Positions 1 to 15,700 of a stretch of 64,000 nucleotides of DNA are shown here, piece after piece. The notes under the pieces were generated by a model, which ran no database searches, had not been told where the DNA came from, and was given only the letters and a program-made list of their open reading frames with translations. The stretch comes from Eledone cirrhosa. Lineage: Eukaryota. A program made the position numbers and the translations under genes. The stretch lies in assembly GCA_964016885.1 (NCBI GenBank), contig OZ024741.1, positions 105,896,001 through 105,960,000 on the forward strand, written 5' to 3'. How positions within the stretch are numbered: the stretch's first letter is position 1; every line of letters starts with the position of its first letter.

Positions 1-57
1 TAACCCTAAACACCGGAAACAGTCACCTGTCAAGTAGTTGTAAGAGAGATCAAGATA
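1..57 (-). CDS. XRRA1: XRRA1-like exon 5 (partial, LRR)
   Basis: Long poly-T tract plus gcag acceptor at 58-60; [19 protein letters not shown]. Confidence 0.85.
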
Positions 58-179
58 CTGCAAAAAAAAAAGAAAAAGAAATAAATAAAAATAAAATAAA
101 ATAATGAAAAGAAGAAAGAAAAAAATATCACTATAAAAATACTCATTAAACTGTAATTGTAAATATATATTATAAATAG

Positions 180-215
<36 letters not shown>

Positions 216-3200
216 TTGTGGCTGTTAAGGCCAAGAGACAGGCATGGAAAGAATGGAAGAACGGGGGAAGCAGGGTACATTACATAGAGACCAGGAGGGA
301 AGCTAGGCGACAAGTATACTTAGCTAGGAGGGAAGCAGAGGATAGAAAATTCAAGCATGTTTTGCAACGTGAGGACCAGAAACAGGAGGTGTTCAAGATT
401 GTCAGGCAGTGTGTCAGAGAGAATTGTGATGTCATTGGAGAGAAGTGTATCTGGAATGATAAAGGTGAGCTTGCCCTCACAAGTGCTGAGAAGAAAGATG
501 CATGGAAGAGCCATTATGATAGATTACTAAATGAGGAGAATGCATGGGAAGAAGAGACCCTACCCCAAGTAGACCCTATAGAGGGGCCAACAGTACAAGT
601 CAGCAGCAGCGTAGTAAGTAAGGTAATCAAAGATATGAAAATGGGGAAGGCAACCGGTCCATCGGGTATAGCTGCCGAGATGCTGAAGGCATCTGGGCCG
701 GTAGGTCACACCATAACCATACGTATTGTTAACCCGGTAATACTAGAAGGTGTCATACCAAAGGATTGGTGCAGCAGCATCATTGTCAACTGCTACAAAG
801 GTAAAGGTGATGCACTAGATAGAGGAAACTATAGAGGTATAAAGCTGATGGACCAGGTCATGAAAGTAACAGAAAGAGTTATAGCACAGTTGATTAGGGA
901 CCAGGTGAAACTAGATGAGATGCAATTTGGGTTTGTGCCAGGAAGAGGCACCACTGATGCCCTCTTCCTTGTGAGGCAGTTACAGGAAAAGTACCTAGCT
1001 AAAAGTAAGCCGCTCTACCTGGCATTCGTCAATCTCCAGAAAGCCTTTGACAGAGTTCCCCGTGCTATAATCTGGTGGGCTCTTAGAAAACTAGGAGTAG
1101 ATGAATGGCTTGTGAAAGCTGTACAAGCCATGTATAGGGGAGCAGTCAGCAAAGTTAGGATTAGCAATGACTATAGCAAGGAATTTAGCATACAGGTCGG
1201 TGTTCTTAGCCCTCTCCTGTTCATCATAGTTCTGCAGGCAATAACAGAGGAGTTTAAGACCGGATGCCCATGGGAACTCCTGTATGCAGATGACATCGCA
1301 TTTATAGCTGAATCTATGGTAGAACTACAGAAGAAATTCCAAACTTGGAAGCAGGGACTAAAATGAAAGGGTCTCAAAGTCAACCTGACAAAGACTAAGG
1401 TCCTTGTAAGTAGACGAGAAAACAGAACCCAGATCCCCTCAGGGAAATGGCCTTGCTCAGTATGTAGGAAAAGTGTAGGTAGGAACTCCATTCTCTGCAG
1501 CAAATGGAAACAATGGGTACATAAGAGATGTAGTGGGATCTCAGGAAGCTTAACTAAGAATGTAGGCTTCACATGTAGCAGCTGTGCTGGGACAGCAAGC
1601 AGCAAACAGCCACAGGAAACAAGTACCACCAAACTCTGGGAGGGCTCTGTAGAAACAGTAGACAGCTTCTGCTACCTAGGTGACCGAATTAGCAGCGGAG
1701 GTGGGTGTTCGGAAAGTACAATAACTAGGGTAAGAATGGGATGGAAGAAGTTCAGGGAGCTACTGCCACTGCTAGCTGCAAAAGGCTTTTCCCTCAAAAT
1801 GAAAGGCAGACTGTATGATGCGTGTATACGAACAGCAATGTTACATGGTAGTGAGACCTGGGCGCTGTCTGTGGAAGACTTACGTAGATTAGAAAGAAAC
1901 GAAGCCTGCATGCTCCAATGGATGTGTAATAGTAATATACGCGAACGGCAAACCATAAATGAATTGAGAGAGAGACTGAGCATAAGAGGAATCAAATACT
2001 GTGTGCAGGAGAAGTGGTTGCGTTGGCATGGACATGTGATGCGTATGAAGGATGAGAGCTGCATAAAAAAGAGCAGAACACTAGAAGTCGATGGAAACCG
2101 CGGAGTAGGGAGACCCAAGACCTGGGATGAGGTGATAAAAGCCGACTTTACCCAATTACGCCTCTCAAAGGCGATGACATACGACCGTAACCTCTGGCGT
2201 CACGCAGTAATACAGAAGACCCGATCCCCCACGGGTACAAGCCAAAGCTGAAGCATATAGACAATATTCCCCCACACCCTCCCACTGCAAAGTGGTCATG
2301 GAGGTGCCATGGCAAAAAAACACCCAGCCCACACTGTAAAGTGGACGTGTAGGCACCAGGGAAAAAAAGCACCCAGCACTCACTGTAAATGAGGTTGGTG
2401 TTAGGAAGGGCATCCAGCTGTAGAAATCAAGCCAGAATCAGTTCCCATATGAGCAAGACAATGTCAGCCGACCGGACACTGCCGACAACAGGACAACCCA
2501 TCTAACCCATGTTAGCGTGGAAGAACAGACGTAAAACGGTGATGATGATGATGATGATATATTATTCTTCAATCTTCGAAGCAAGTCAGTATTCATTGAT
2601 TCATTCACAATATTCTTATAATCTTCATCTATATCAGCCATTCATAGACAGATAGACTTCTTGAATTTTAGAGCTCAATGTATTTATTTCTATAATTCTC
2701 TATTTTCCTAGAAACAAATGCACTATAATTCATTCTTTATATTTCTATTATTTTCTATTTGTCGCGATTTATCTCACAAACCCCTTCAATCATTTTAACT
2801 AGATAACTGAACAACAGCTTTTTGATGTCGGCAGACATCTGTATGTAAACAAACAATGCATGAAGCCAAATTTTCATCTTTTGAAGCACTGAGCATATAT
2901 GCATGTATATAAGTATAAAGAAAGTGCTCAAGCATAGAAATGCTATAAAGATAGCTTCAGCCAATGGCAACTTCTTCCATCTTTTAAGGGTCTTCACTCT
3001 ATTTTATAAGCTATCTTTATAGCATTTCTGCACTTGAGCACTTTCTTTATACTTATCTATATATAAATGGAAAAGAATGAAACAAAATTTCATTTCTCAC
3101 TCTTAGTACGGCTGATACCTAAATATAAGTATGTATACGTACATACATATATGTATACAGACGTACAGTAGTATGTATATATATATACATACATGCACAC

Positions 3201-3675
3201 ATATATATATGTACGTATGGGTTTACCGAACATTTATTATAATGTTTGGTTTGTTTGTAAACAAACCTCCCGAATTATGCCTTACAGTGCTCGGCAACCA
3301 TCGTCGCCCTTTTGTTCAACACTCACGATTAACTCACTCGATATGCAAATTAGGCTGCTCAGCCGTTAATATGCATAAGGAAAGTATATACTTTCAAACG
3401 TTCAATCATCTGACAGAAAGGTATACGATGCTGACGATAGCTAAAACTAGTACATCATTCCTGTGTCAGTGTTGAACAAAAGGGAGACGATGGTTGCCGA
3501 GCACTGTACGGCGTAATTCGGGCTGTTTGTTTACAAACAAACTGAACATTATAATAAATGTTCGGTAAACCGATACGTATATATATATATATATGTGTGC
3601 ATGTATATATATATATACATACTATTGTACGTCTGTACACATATATGTATGTACGTATACATACTTATATTTATC

Positions 3676-3712
<37 letters not shown>

Positions 3713-6700
3713 GGGTATTTCAAAAAGTTTGCTACCATTTGAGGCATAAATATCCCAGTAACTACAAAACCTATGACAAGACTTAATTTTGAGCAACATA
3801 GGATTTATTCTTCAACATTTGTCAAACAACACTAATTCACAATATTTAGTGGTAGTTTCTGAGATATTTACATCTCAAATAATATTTAATTTATATATAT
3901 ATCAATGTCCTTTTAACGTCCACTTTCCCTGCTAGCAAGTGTTAGACATATATATATATATATAAATTTAAAAGCCATACAATGCATTAGAAAATTACAA
4001 GGTTGTATCATTTACATAATTAATGCAATTGAAACATGCATTTTCCCTGCTATCAAGAGTTAGACTTGTTGTCACAGACCTGTCAGTACTCAAGCAGAAC
4101 CTTTTCTGACCTTCAAGTGGGTAAGGGCTCTGAGCTCTACTGAGTACATTTTATTGTGGCAACAACACTAGAGAAGTTGTTATGTTTATGGCACAGCTGA
4201 AGACTCCTCCCACTCCTTTGTTTGGAAAGTTTTCTATGGATGGATGCCCTTCCTATCACCAACCACTTTACAGAATGTACTGGGTGCATTAATCATGTAA
4301 ATCACTAACACTAGAGGTTGTCATGACTATGGCACAACTAAATAGTCCTCTTGCTTCTTTCTTTAGCAAGTTATCATTAGCTGGATGCCCTTCCTATCAT
4401 CAACCACTTTACAGAGAGTATTGGGTCATCCAGTTCACCAATACTAGAAAGGTTGTCAAGCCCCTGACATGACTAAAGGGACTCCTAGACATTTTAAGCA
4501 TGGTTTCTACATTGGTAGTTCCCTTCCTAACACCAAGCACCTTACAGTGGTTGGTTAGGAAGGGCTTTTAACAGTAGAAACCATGCCAAAACTGGAATGT
4601 ATGTAAGCAAGACATCATCCTTTAATTCATCTACAAGGGCGATAACTTAGCATTTACATTACTCTATATATACTACTAGCAGTTTAGCTTGGCGTTGCTC
4701 GGGTTTGTTCATTTGCTATGAAAAGTTACATACAGGTAAACGTGGCTTGAAAGCAAATAAGCTTATCAATTAAGTGCATAAAGCAGTTGAACTGGTTATT
4801 AAAAGTTACGAACCAATTAGCATTTTGGACAATCAATGATGGGTTAATAATCCTCCAATAGCGAATTTAGCAGACCAAAGTTGCAAGATGGTGGCCCTGA
4901 TGCCGCTGGGTGTCAGATCTGTCCGCCATGGGTGACCCTACCAGGAAATAGTTTTCCAGACGGCATAGCTCCAACACCTGCACCAACATCTATAGCACCT
5001 CTTTGTAGACGATATTGCGTGTCATCCCTTGAGGAGTGTAAGCAAAAAGTCCATTCCTGCTCCCTACGCGGGAACAGGCAACATAAAGTTGACCATGGGA
5101 GAAGCATGGCTCCCCCAAATAGATGCCCGTCACCGACAATGTTTGCCCTTGTGACTTGTTAATGGACATGGCAAAACATGGTCTCACCGGGAATTGGGAT
5201 CGCCGGAAATTGAACGGGATATCTGATGCCAAGGGGAAAAGGTTCATCCTTGGCAGTGTATTTGGCAGAATTGCCAGAAGTACAACACTATGGGTGTTGT
5301 CATATTAATATTTAACCAATGAAAGTGGTAAAAAATAAATAATTTAAACATTCCGATTCATATGTCTATAGCATTAATCTGTTAAACCTCAAAGCATGGA
5401 GAGAGTAAAGCAGTTAAATTATAGAGAGGGGGAATGATCTATTATAGAGAGAGGGAAGAGCGACGGAGAGAGCGTTATGACTATGTTTGTTGTTATATAA
5501 AATGATGTGTTGCCTAGTTTTCAAAGTTTATGTCGCGTTCCTGAACGAAGTTTTGTCACTGTTAGGTAGTAGAGAGAGTGAATAAGTTTTTGGCAAAGTT
5601 TATTACGCGTTGACCATCGTTGGTAAATTTGGAGCACATTGGAAAAAAAATCATCAAAGTCGGTAGAGAAATGTGGAAATGCATAAAAATCATACACACA
5701 CACAGACAGACATCTTCCGTTTTATATATATAGAGATAGAGATTATATTTTCATGGTAAAGGCTTTATCTCGCATAATTATCTCTCATAAAATCGAATCT
5801 ATGAGATTTTGAAAGTATTTATTTTGAGAACAATACCTTAACATCAGTTTGAGCGACTGGTTACAGCCAGTTTCAACAGAAAGAGGTAGAGAATTCTGGC
5901 CGGTTTTGGCCGGTTTGAACATTAAAGGGCTAAGTACTGACTTAGTCTTTAATGACCTGTCCAACCCATGCCAACATGCATATTCATCATTATTATTATC
6001 GACCCTGTAAGGATGAAAGGCAAAATCCCGCCGAGGTTGACTTTGCCTTTCATCCTTACGGGGTCGATAAAATAAAGTACCAGTAATGCACTGGGTAATT
6101 GCTGGCCTTGTGCCTAAAGTAGAAACAATTATTATTATTTAATGTCCACTTTCCTTGCTAGCAATGTTTCAATGGATCTTCACAGACCGAGTCAACACAG
6201 AAGTAGGGCTACTTGACCTCCCAGGCAGGTCAGGGGTCCACATCATGAGTAATCAGTCCCCTAACTTGTTAAGTATCCCAGTGTAGAAATAAAATGAGAA
6301 TGAAGGTGATGAAATTGTCTTCACTGACCTGAAGATGTGGAAATTCCCCAAGATCCACATTTAAATTTTTTAATTTGTTTAATGGTAATTTCAGTTGTGC
6401 CAGGTGGTTGAATTCTGAGAATATTTCTAAAGGAAGTAATGAGAGGAAACAATTAGAGAGCTGCAATAATAAATAGATGTTATTATTGTAGTAATCACTT
6501 TAATGCTTTCATTACCATATTTATAATGAAAGGCACTGCCAATGATTTTCAAATAATTTTGAAAATCATAAAGAATTTGGAAGTATTTAGTAATGTAACT
6601 AATTTGCTCATTATTAAGCTGGTGTTTGAAACATTACTTAAGGTTTCTTAGACAAAATTATGATGGAAGGTTTTTAGATAAATATAAACATAAATATAAT

Positions 6701-9700
6701 AAGACCTTCACACTTGCTATCAAGAACATTTGTGGTTCTCCTCTCTGCAGAGAGGTGCATCCTCGCGAGGTAGAGAGAATACTTTGCTGATCTCCTAAAC
6801 CTGATTACAACAGCATGTACACAAGGTGCATCTGGAAGTAGTAACTAATCTCTCAGAGACTGAGGTCACAAGGGCAGTTAAAGATCTTAAATGTGGCAAG
6901 GCCGCTGGGAAAGATGAAATCCAGCCCTAGATGTTAAAACCTTAGAGAAGGTATTTTCTGGCTGACATGTGTGTGCTGAGTGGCCTGGATCTCTGGAAAA
7001 GCACCTAAACAATGGCAACCAGGAGTGATAATTCCAATTTTCAAAAACTGAGACAAGAGAGATTGTTCCAATTATAGAGGGATCTCTTTGTAAATCCTCC
7101 CCATTAAAGCCTATGCTAAGTGTCTGGCAAAGAGATGCAGGGAGATTGTCGAGTCCAAGCTAGCTGATGAACAGTGTGGTTTTTGCCCTGGAAGCAGCAC
7201 AGCCAACCTAATATTTACACGATGGCAGGTCTACAAGAAATCGTGGGCGTATTACCAAGAGGTATATTCTTGTTTTGTTGAACTTGAAAAGGCATATGAT
7301 CATGTTCCTCAGAACCTGCTGTGAATGGTTGTGCAGGAGTATGGGATTGATGGTCAGCTTCTTGCTGCCCTGATGTCTCTATACAAATGCCCAAGTATCT
7401 GCATTCGGATAAATGGTGCTAAATCGAAACCATTCAAAGTGGAAGTCAGACTCCGCCACGGGTGCATACTGCCACCCCTCCTGCTCATTATTTACATGAA
7501 CAGGATTGACATGCACAGCCAGGTTGGAAGTGGTATGACGACTGGCAGGTGTAAATTCACAAACGACATGGTGTTACTTAACTCGATAGAAGGTGATCTC
7601 TGACATGCACTTGATAGGTTTAATGCCAAGTGTTGCATGGCTGGAATGAAAATCAGTGCTGCAAAAACTAAACTGAGACACTCGTCCTCTCAAGGAAGCC
7701 CATGCAATGCACTCTATGTGTGAATGGAGTTCTACTGAAGCAGGTAGAGAACTTCAAGTATCTTGGGGCTGTGTTCATGAGTGATGGAAGGCAAGAGGCT
7801 GAATTAAGTGCAAGAATTTCAGAAGCTGGTGCATTACTGCACCAGCTTCAGCATTTAGTAATTAGAAAAAGGGAGATAGGTGTAAAAGCCATACTCGCTA
7901 TCTTCAATTCGGTTTTCATGCCAACCCTTACCTATGGTCATGAATCTTGAATAATGACCGAAAGAATACGATCGCGAATACAAGTGGCTGAAATGAGGTT
8001 CCTCCAAAGGAACCTCCAAAGGGAATTTTATCGTATTTATATTGATACAACAGCTGGAGAATCTAATAACAATTTTATTTAACATTAAAAAACATTATAT
8101 ATGACAAAAAGAACATTACAAAAAATCCCATATTTATGAATAAACACTATACAATTACTGATTTCCCAACCCCTCTGTTTATAAGAATTTAAGCGAATGT
8201 CTAATCCCACCGCTTATTCCAACATCCCCTATTATTTGGGACTCGAGAGTAGCTCAGAGATCAGAGTCACTGCAGGTAGAGCTGCTACTTCTCCGAATTG
8301 AGAGCCCACAGCTCCGATACTATGGACATATGGTTAGAATGTCTCAGGAAAGAATTGATAGACAGATTTTACGGGCAAAACTAAGTGCCAGAGACCCAGG
8401 AGCCGACACTGAGCAAGATGGTTTGGATATCATCCATGAGCTGGTCTTGCTTGGGGATCCAGCCAGAACAATTGGAGACAGCTTGAAGACATGCCTGAGG
8501 CCTCTGCTCCCACAACCCTCCTCGGAATATGTGTGAGAAGAAGAAGAACATTTAAATCACTTGTATCATAGCTATAAATTATGATACTTATATCTTAGTT
8601 ATAATTTATAGTACATACGTCTTGGCTATAATTTATAGTACATATAACTTAGCTATAACTTACAGTACTTCTTTCTTAACTACTTATGCTACTTGTATCT
8701 TAACTATAATTCATAGTACTTCTATCCTAGCAATAATTTATAGTACACATAACTTAGCTATAATATATAGCAGCAGTCGTCAACCTTTTGGACCTCACAG
8801 ACCACTAAATTCATAATTTTAAATCCCGTGGACCACTAATATGAATTAATGGTTAATGGTCAATGGTCAAAACAATACTGAATCGTACATGTATCATATT
8901 GTCAATAGATGATACATGCGTGTAAAATTATTTCATGGATGTTAGTTCTTTACTGAGGAGAAACATTTTTTAGGGAGGTTATAAAATATATTTTAACTAA
9001 ATATTATTTTTGTTTTATTATTAATAAAACATAAAAATTGCAAATAATGTCAACATTTTTCTGTGGACCACCAAAACATTCTCTCAGCCACCGGTTGGCA
9101 ACCACTGATATACAGTACTACCCTCTCAGCTATAATATATAGTACTTGTATCTTAGCTAAAATTTATAGTACATATGTCTTATATATATAGTACTAGGAT
9201 GTTAGTTATACTTAATAGTATTTCTATCTTAGCTTAATGGTATCTCTATCTTAGTTATAATCTATAGTACCTGTATCATAATTTAAAACAGCTAGAGTGA
9301 AGGTAAAAATTGTTATTACATACCAAATTGCAACAAATTATCTTCAGCATCAATGAACATCAAGTTAGTGAATAAATGAAAATCTTCAGTATTGGCAAGA
9401 TTTAGATGTTTGTTTTGTATCTTTAAACAAAATATTTCCTCTGGATCATCAGCATTACAATGTTTCATCTTGATTACAGCATAAAAACAGGGACAAATTC
9501 ACGAAAGAAAAAAGAAAAATGTTATTTTTTTTTACATATTAGTTTACATTGTAAAGAAAATATATAACACAAACTACTATATTATAATATAGTTTTACTA
9601 ACTATTTCTATAATGTACTATATAACACTAACAATTTCTATATCATACTATAGTTACACTAACTACTAGTTTATTACACTATATTTACACTAAGTAATTC

Positions 9701-12700
9701 TATATTATACTATAAGCACAAACTACTTCTGTATTATATTATATAACACTAACTGCATCTACTACAGTTTAGTTACACTAACTACTTCTATCATCATCAC
9801 TGTTTTACGTCAATATTTCCACGCTAACATGGGTTAGACAGGTTGTCCTGTTATGGGCAATGCCAGGTCAGGTGACCATGTCTTGCTCATACAGGACTGA
9901 TTTTGGCTCAGTTTCTACAGCTAGATGCCCTTCCTAACACCAACCTCATTTACAGTGAGTACTGGGTGCTTTTTTACCGTGGCGCCTACATGACCACTTT
10001 ACAGTGTGGGCTGGGTGCTTTTTTGCCATGGCACCTATACAACCACTTTACAGTAGGAGGGGCGTGGGGGCATATTGTCTATGTGCTTCAGCTTCGGTTT
10101 GTACGCGTGGGAACTCAGGTCTTCTGTATTACTGCGTAACGCCAGAGGTCTCGGTCCTGTGTTATCGCCTTTGGGAGGTGCGATTGGGCAAGGTCAGGTT
10201 TTATCACTTCATTCCAGGTCTTCTTGGGTCTCCTCACTCCAAGGCATACATCGACTTTTAATGCTCTGCACCTTTTTATGCAACTGTCATCCTTCATACG
10301 CATCACATGTCCATACCAACGCAATCTCCTCTCCTGCACACAACATTTGATCCCTCTTATGCTTAGTCTCTCTCTTAATTCGTTTATGCTTTGCTGTTCG
10401 CATATATTACTATTACACATCCATCAGAGCATGCAAGCTTTGTTTCTTCCTAATCTATGCAAGTCTTCTACACACATCACCCAGGTCTCACTACCATGTA
10501 ACATTGCTGTTCGTATGCACGCATTATACAGTCTGCCTTTCATTTTGAGGGAAAAGACTTTTGTAGATAGCAGTGGTAGTAGCTCCCTGAACTTCTTCCA
10601 TCTCGTTCTTACCGTGGTTACTGTACTTTCAGAATACCCCCCTCCACTGCTAATTCGGTCTCCTAGATAACAGAAGCCGTCTACTTTTTCTCAGAATTTG
10701 GTAGTTTTTGTTTCCTGTGGCTATTTGCTGCTTACTGTCCTGGTGCAACTGCTACATGTAAAGCCTACATTCTTAGTTAAACTTCCTGAGATCCCACTAG
10801 ATCTCTTGTGCGCCCATAGTCTGCATTTGGGGCAGAGGATGGAATTTCTACCTACACGTTTCCTGCATACTGAGCAAGGCCATTTTCCTGAGGGGGTCTG
10901 AGTTCTGTTTTCTATATTATACTATATAACACTAATTACTTCTATATTATACTATATAACACTAACTATGTCTATATAATGCTATATAACACTAACTACT
11001 TCTATATGATACTATAAAGTAACTACTTGTATATTATACAATATAACACTTACTACTACTATAATATACTACAATACTTCTATAATCAAATATATAACAC
11101 TAACTATTTCTATATTACTTACACTAAGTACTTTAATAAACTATAGATGCCTCAATTGTTTATATATTAAACAATACAACGCAAAATACTTTTATATTAT
11201 ACTATAAAACACTAAATACTACTATAATATACTATGTACCACTAACTACTTTTATATTAATCTATAGTTACACCAAAAATTTTCTAGATAATAGTATAGT
11301 TACATTATATAATATAATTATATGTGATAATTATATAACACAAATAATGTAATAATTATATAACACGAACTACTATAATACATAAAGACTAACTATATTA
11401 TATCATACAACACTTGTATATAATACTATATAACACTATCTAATTCTATAATATATGAGGGTCAGCTGAAAAGTTCATAAGCTGATGGAATGTGAGCAAA
11501 TGAGGTTTATTTTTCAACGTAGTCCCACTTGCGGTCCACACTCTTCTTCTATCAATGCTTGGATCTCATTGGTGAAGAAGCTTTCATCCTGGTTGGTAAA
11601 AAAATCATCAACAGCCGATACAACGTCATCATCACTGCAATACTGATTCTTAGCCAAGTGATTTATCATGTTGGAGATGATAGTCACATGAGGCCAAATC
11701 AGGAGTGATCAACCAATTCAAAGCTACAGTTATACACAACAGCCATTGAAACCAAGGACTTATGTACTGAAGCAGTGTCCTGATGAAACAGAACCCCTTT
11801 TGTCAGTTTTCATGGGCGTTAGGTCTTCAGAGCCTTTCATAATTGCCTCAGCAAGTCGGCATAGTACTCTCCATTGATGGTTTGGGCCTTTTGAAGATAG
11901 TCAATAAGCACAATGCTTTTGCATCCCAAAAAACTGAGGCCATCACCTCCCCTGCAGATGAAACAACCTTAGCCTTCTTTGAAGCAAGTGAAGAGGGGTG
12001 TTTCCACTGCATGGATTGCCTCTTTGTCTCAGGCTCAAAGTATTGAACCTAACACTCATCTTGGGTTAGGAAACGTTCGAGGAAACCAGCTGGATCTGCC
12101 TTGTGATCAGCCTGGTGTGCTTTTGATTAGTCAGAAGCAGAAACCTTCATCATGTCAAGTTCATTGTGCAGAATATTCTCAACTTTCTCACAGGATATAC
12201 TAATAGCATTTGCTATTTGATTATTGTCTGTCATCTATCAACATGTGGTGAACACAATCAATGTTTTCCTCAGTGGTGGCAATTGCAGGACGTCCAAAGC
12301 TTGGGTCATCTTCAAGACCCTTCTTTTCCCTCTTAAATTCAACTGCCCGATTTTGTACTGTTGATAAAGCTGGTGCATCATCCCCTAATGTAGCAACCAT
12401 GTCAGTATGAATGTCCTTGAGGGCTAAACCCTTTTTCTGCAACTACAGAATGCCAAATTTTGTCCATTTTCAAGAGAAGTCACTACTAGTTACTTTTGAA
12501 GTCTTCTTTGAACAGTCAGATGTCAATTTACCTGAAAAGAAACAATACAGTTATTAATAAGAAGCGTTGAAATTAATGCATGCAAGATTTCACAGCTCTA
12601 GCATCACTTCTTCATAGTCAGCCTATGAACTTTTCAGCCCATCCTTGTACTGTATAACACTAATTGTGTCTATATTATAGTATACAACACTAGTTACTTC

Positions 12701-15700
12701 TATATTATATTCTAGTTACACTAATTATTTCTATATTATACTATATAGCAATAACTGCTTCTATATAATTGTTTCTACTTTTGGCACAAGGCCAACAATT
12801 ACCCCAGTGCATTACTGGTGCTTTATTTTATCGATCCTGTAAGGATAAAAGACAAAGCTAACTTCAACGGGATTTGAACTCAGAACGTAAAGGGCCATAA
12901 CTCTATGTTGCAAAGCATGGTATCTGATGCTCTACCGATATTGCTAAAATGCTTTATATAAACCCATGCAAAACAATGGAACATCTTAAGATATATGAAA
13001 ACTATGCTGTAATACGAGGTTTGATTTTTTCAACTGCTGCCCCCACTCGCTGAAAAACATCCTACATAATTGGAAGAACCCTGGATAATATCTAAATGGC
13101 CACAACCCTGCACTCAAGCTTAACATCACCCTTGATTTATATATATAGGGAATCTAACGTCCAGTTACTGTAGGTTCACCCGAGTGAGCACTCGATGATT
13201 AGTTTCCAGTCGGTATAGAGGTGTAGAACTAAGCAGAGTGTAGTTATAATAATAATAAAAAGGATGATTTGTTATGTCTTCATTACGTTTATTGAGTAAT
13301 GACATGTGTTACGTTATTGATCAGCTCAAGGTTCGATCTGTATTGATCTAGCTTGACTCTGGAATCAAAAGCTTGATTGTCTGACGAACGAACTGAAATG
13401 AAATAATTATATTGTGTAGCTTATTATGTAATTAAATATATATATGTGTATGTATGTGGATATATATATATATTCCCTTGCAAGCAGGGAAAAGTGGACG
13501 TAAAATGATGATGATGATGATATATATATAAATTGCTTCTACTTTTGGCACAAGGCCAGCAATTATCCCAATGCGTTACTGGTACTTTATTTTATCGACC
13601 CTGTAAGGATGAAAGGCAAAGTTAACCTCGGTGGGATTTGAACTCAGACTGTAAATGTAAAGGGGCGTAACTCTATGCTGCAAAACATGGCGTCTGACCC
13701 TCAAACGATACTGCCAATCCAATATAATGCATGTGTATATGTCTATCTCTTGAAGGAGATGCTCCAGCATGGCCACAGTCTAAGACTTAAAATAGTAAAA
13801 GAATAAGAAATAAAAGATATATTAACAAATCTTATTATACAACTTACAATATAAAAACCATCCAGAAGAAAAGAGGTCTTTGGAGCATTTTCCTGAAGAT
13901 TTCCTTTATTTATATATTGTTTGAGGTCTGCCTGGATTTCATCACTAGATTTAATCTTGGTACGTAATACAGTGTTGAATCGCTGCAGCTGTTGGGCCCT
14001 GTAAGACTGTAGCCATGCGGCTGATAAAACATTAATGGAGTAATTTACATGTAGGCATTTTGACTCTTTAGTATTTACATTATTCTATATATATATATAT
14101 ATATTTTTTTTAAATTTAAATATATATATATTATTAGGACAATGGGAATTATGAGTTAATATCTGTATACAACAACTACAACGGTACGTGATGGGGCCCA
14201 CCCACAGCCCCGGCGGACAGAATGGAGAAGGCGTTTCCCTGGAGGACGGCAAGGGAGACGCGCTGGAAAAGCCACTCCAACTCGCGGGGCTCACACCTGC
14301 GGCTGGCCAACTCAGCGCCTATGGTGGTGAGTAAGGAGGTAGCCCTGGGGCCGAGGACACCAGAAGTCTCCACTGCCAGGGGTACGACCACAAACCTGTC
14401 AGAGAGCGACCGGTATTATTGTATTTTCATGGTAAAAGCTTTATCTTACATAATTATCTCACATAATATTGAATCTATGAGATTTTGTTATTATTTATTT
14501 TGAGAACAATACCTTAACATAAGTATGAGTGACCAGTTACGGCCAGTTTGAAAAGAAAGTGATGAGAGAATTCTGGCCGGATATGGCTGGTTTAAATGCT
14601 AAAGGGTTAATAACAAGCTTTAGATTTGTTGGTGATCAAAGTAAAGACGTTGAGAGGAAATGAGTGTGTGTGTATAGGTACACACACAATTGGTAATGGA
14701 GTGTTGTGTCATGCATGTTGGGTGTAGAGGTGTTATTGTTACTGCTGCTGTTGAAATTGTTTTAATTGTTATTGTAATCCTCCTCCTCCTCCTCATCATC
14801 ACCATCACCATTGCCCTCATCACCATCTTAAGTTGGTTTTCTATGCTGGCATTAGTTGCATGTATTTTCATGGTCTAAGAAAATACAGGGTGGATAACCA
14901 CATCATGCTTATATATTCCATATTTTGGCATGGTTGCTATGGCTGGATGTCCTTCCTAACCTCAACCACTTTACAGAGTGTACTGGGTGCATTTTATCAT
15001 GGCACAAACACTAGAGAGGTTGACACATGTTCAAAAAGATTGAACAGTCCTCTCTACTCTATATTTTCTCTGTTTGATCAGCAATCAATTTACAGAGTGT
15101 AATGGGCATATCTTATGGCACCAACATTAGAAAGGCTGTCAAGTCATTCCTAGTACCAACCACTTTACTGAGTGTACTGGGTGCATCTTATCATGACACC
15201 AACATTAGAGAGGTTATCAAGTCCTCATCATCAGTTTATTAGTTTCTTACAATAAAGTTAGGGATAAAACAGTGTTGTAGTTTTCTTGAAGCATTGTATA
15301 AACTCTACAAAATAGTGTTTTGTTTGAAAGTTACCATAACATTAGTTGGACGGTAAATGTTAAAAATATGATAACAATGATGTTGGGGTGGTGGGGTATT
15401 GGAGGAAAGGACTGGGTGTAGTGGTTAGTACAGGATATGGGTGTATCTTCTTTAAGGGAAGGAATGGCCGTAGGGGTTTGTGTATGACATGGGGCGTGTT
15501 CTTGACAGGAAGGACTAAGTGAAGAGGTTAGTGTATGACATGGGGAGGGGTGTGTTTTTGGCAGGAAGGACTGGGCGTATGGGTTAGTGTATGACTGGGG
15601 GGGGGGGGTATTCTTGGAAGGAGGGACATGGAATTTGTGTATGACATGAAGGAGAAGTGTGTTCTTGGCAGGATGCATTGAGAGTGTAGTGGTTAGTGTG

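Larger units (their letters stand above)
9560..12765. repeat. About 28-bp minisatellite (actatataacactaactacttctatattat) split by RTE and mariner insertions
   Basis: Units at 9560-9790, 10912-11453 and 12650-12765. Confidence 0.75.

Noticed and set aside
1-10. TAACCCTAAA resembling a telomeric repeat
   Set aside because: Single unit; it is the CLGL coding sequence of XRRA1 exon 5 on the minus strand.
2438-2997. Short minus-strand ORFs as extra XRRA1 exons
   Set aside because: Exon 4 joins exon 5 in frame with a continuous LRR, and these ORFs show no similarity.
4990-5247. Host PIF1 helicase exon
   Set aside because: It lies inside Helitron termini and is out of context in an XRRA1 intron.
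9560-11453. CRISPR-like array
   Set aside because: Degenerate head-to-tail minisatellite with no unique spacers or cas genes; eukaryotic DNA.
12860-12945. tRNA genes at B-box motifs
   Set aside because: They are SINE heads attached to SINE cores; no complete cloverleaf.
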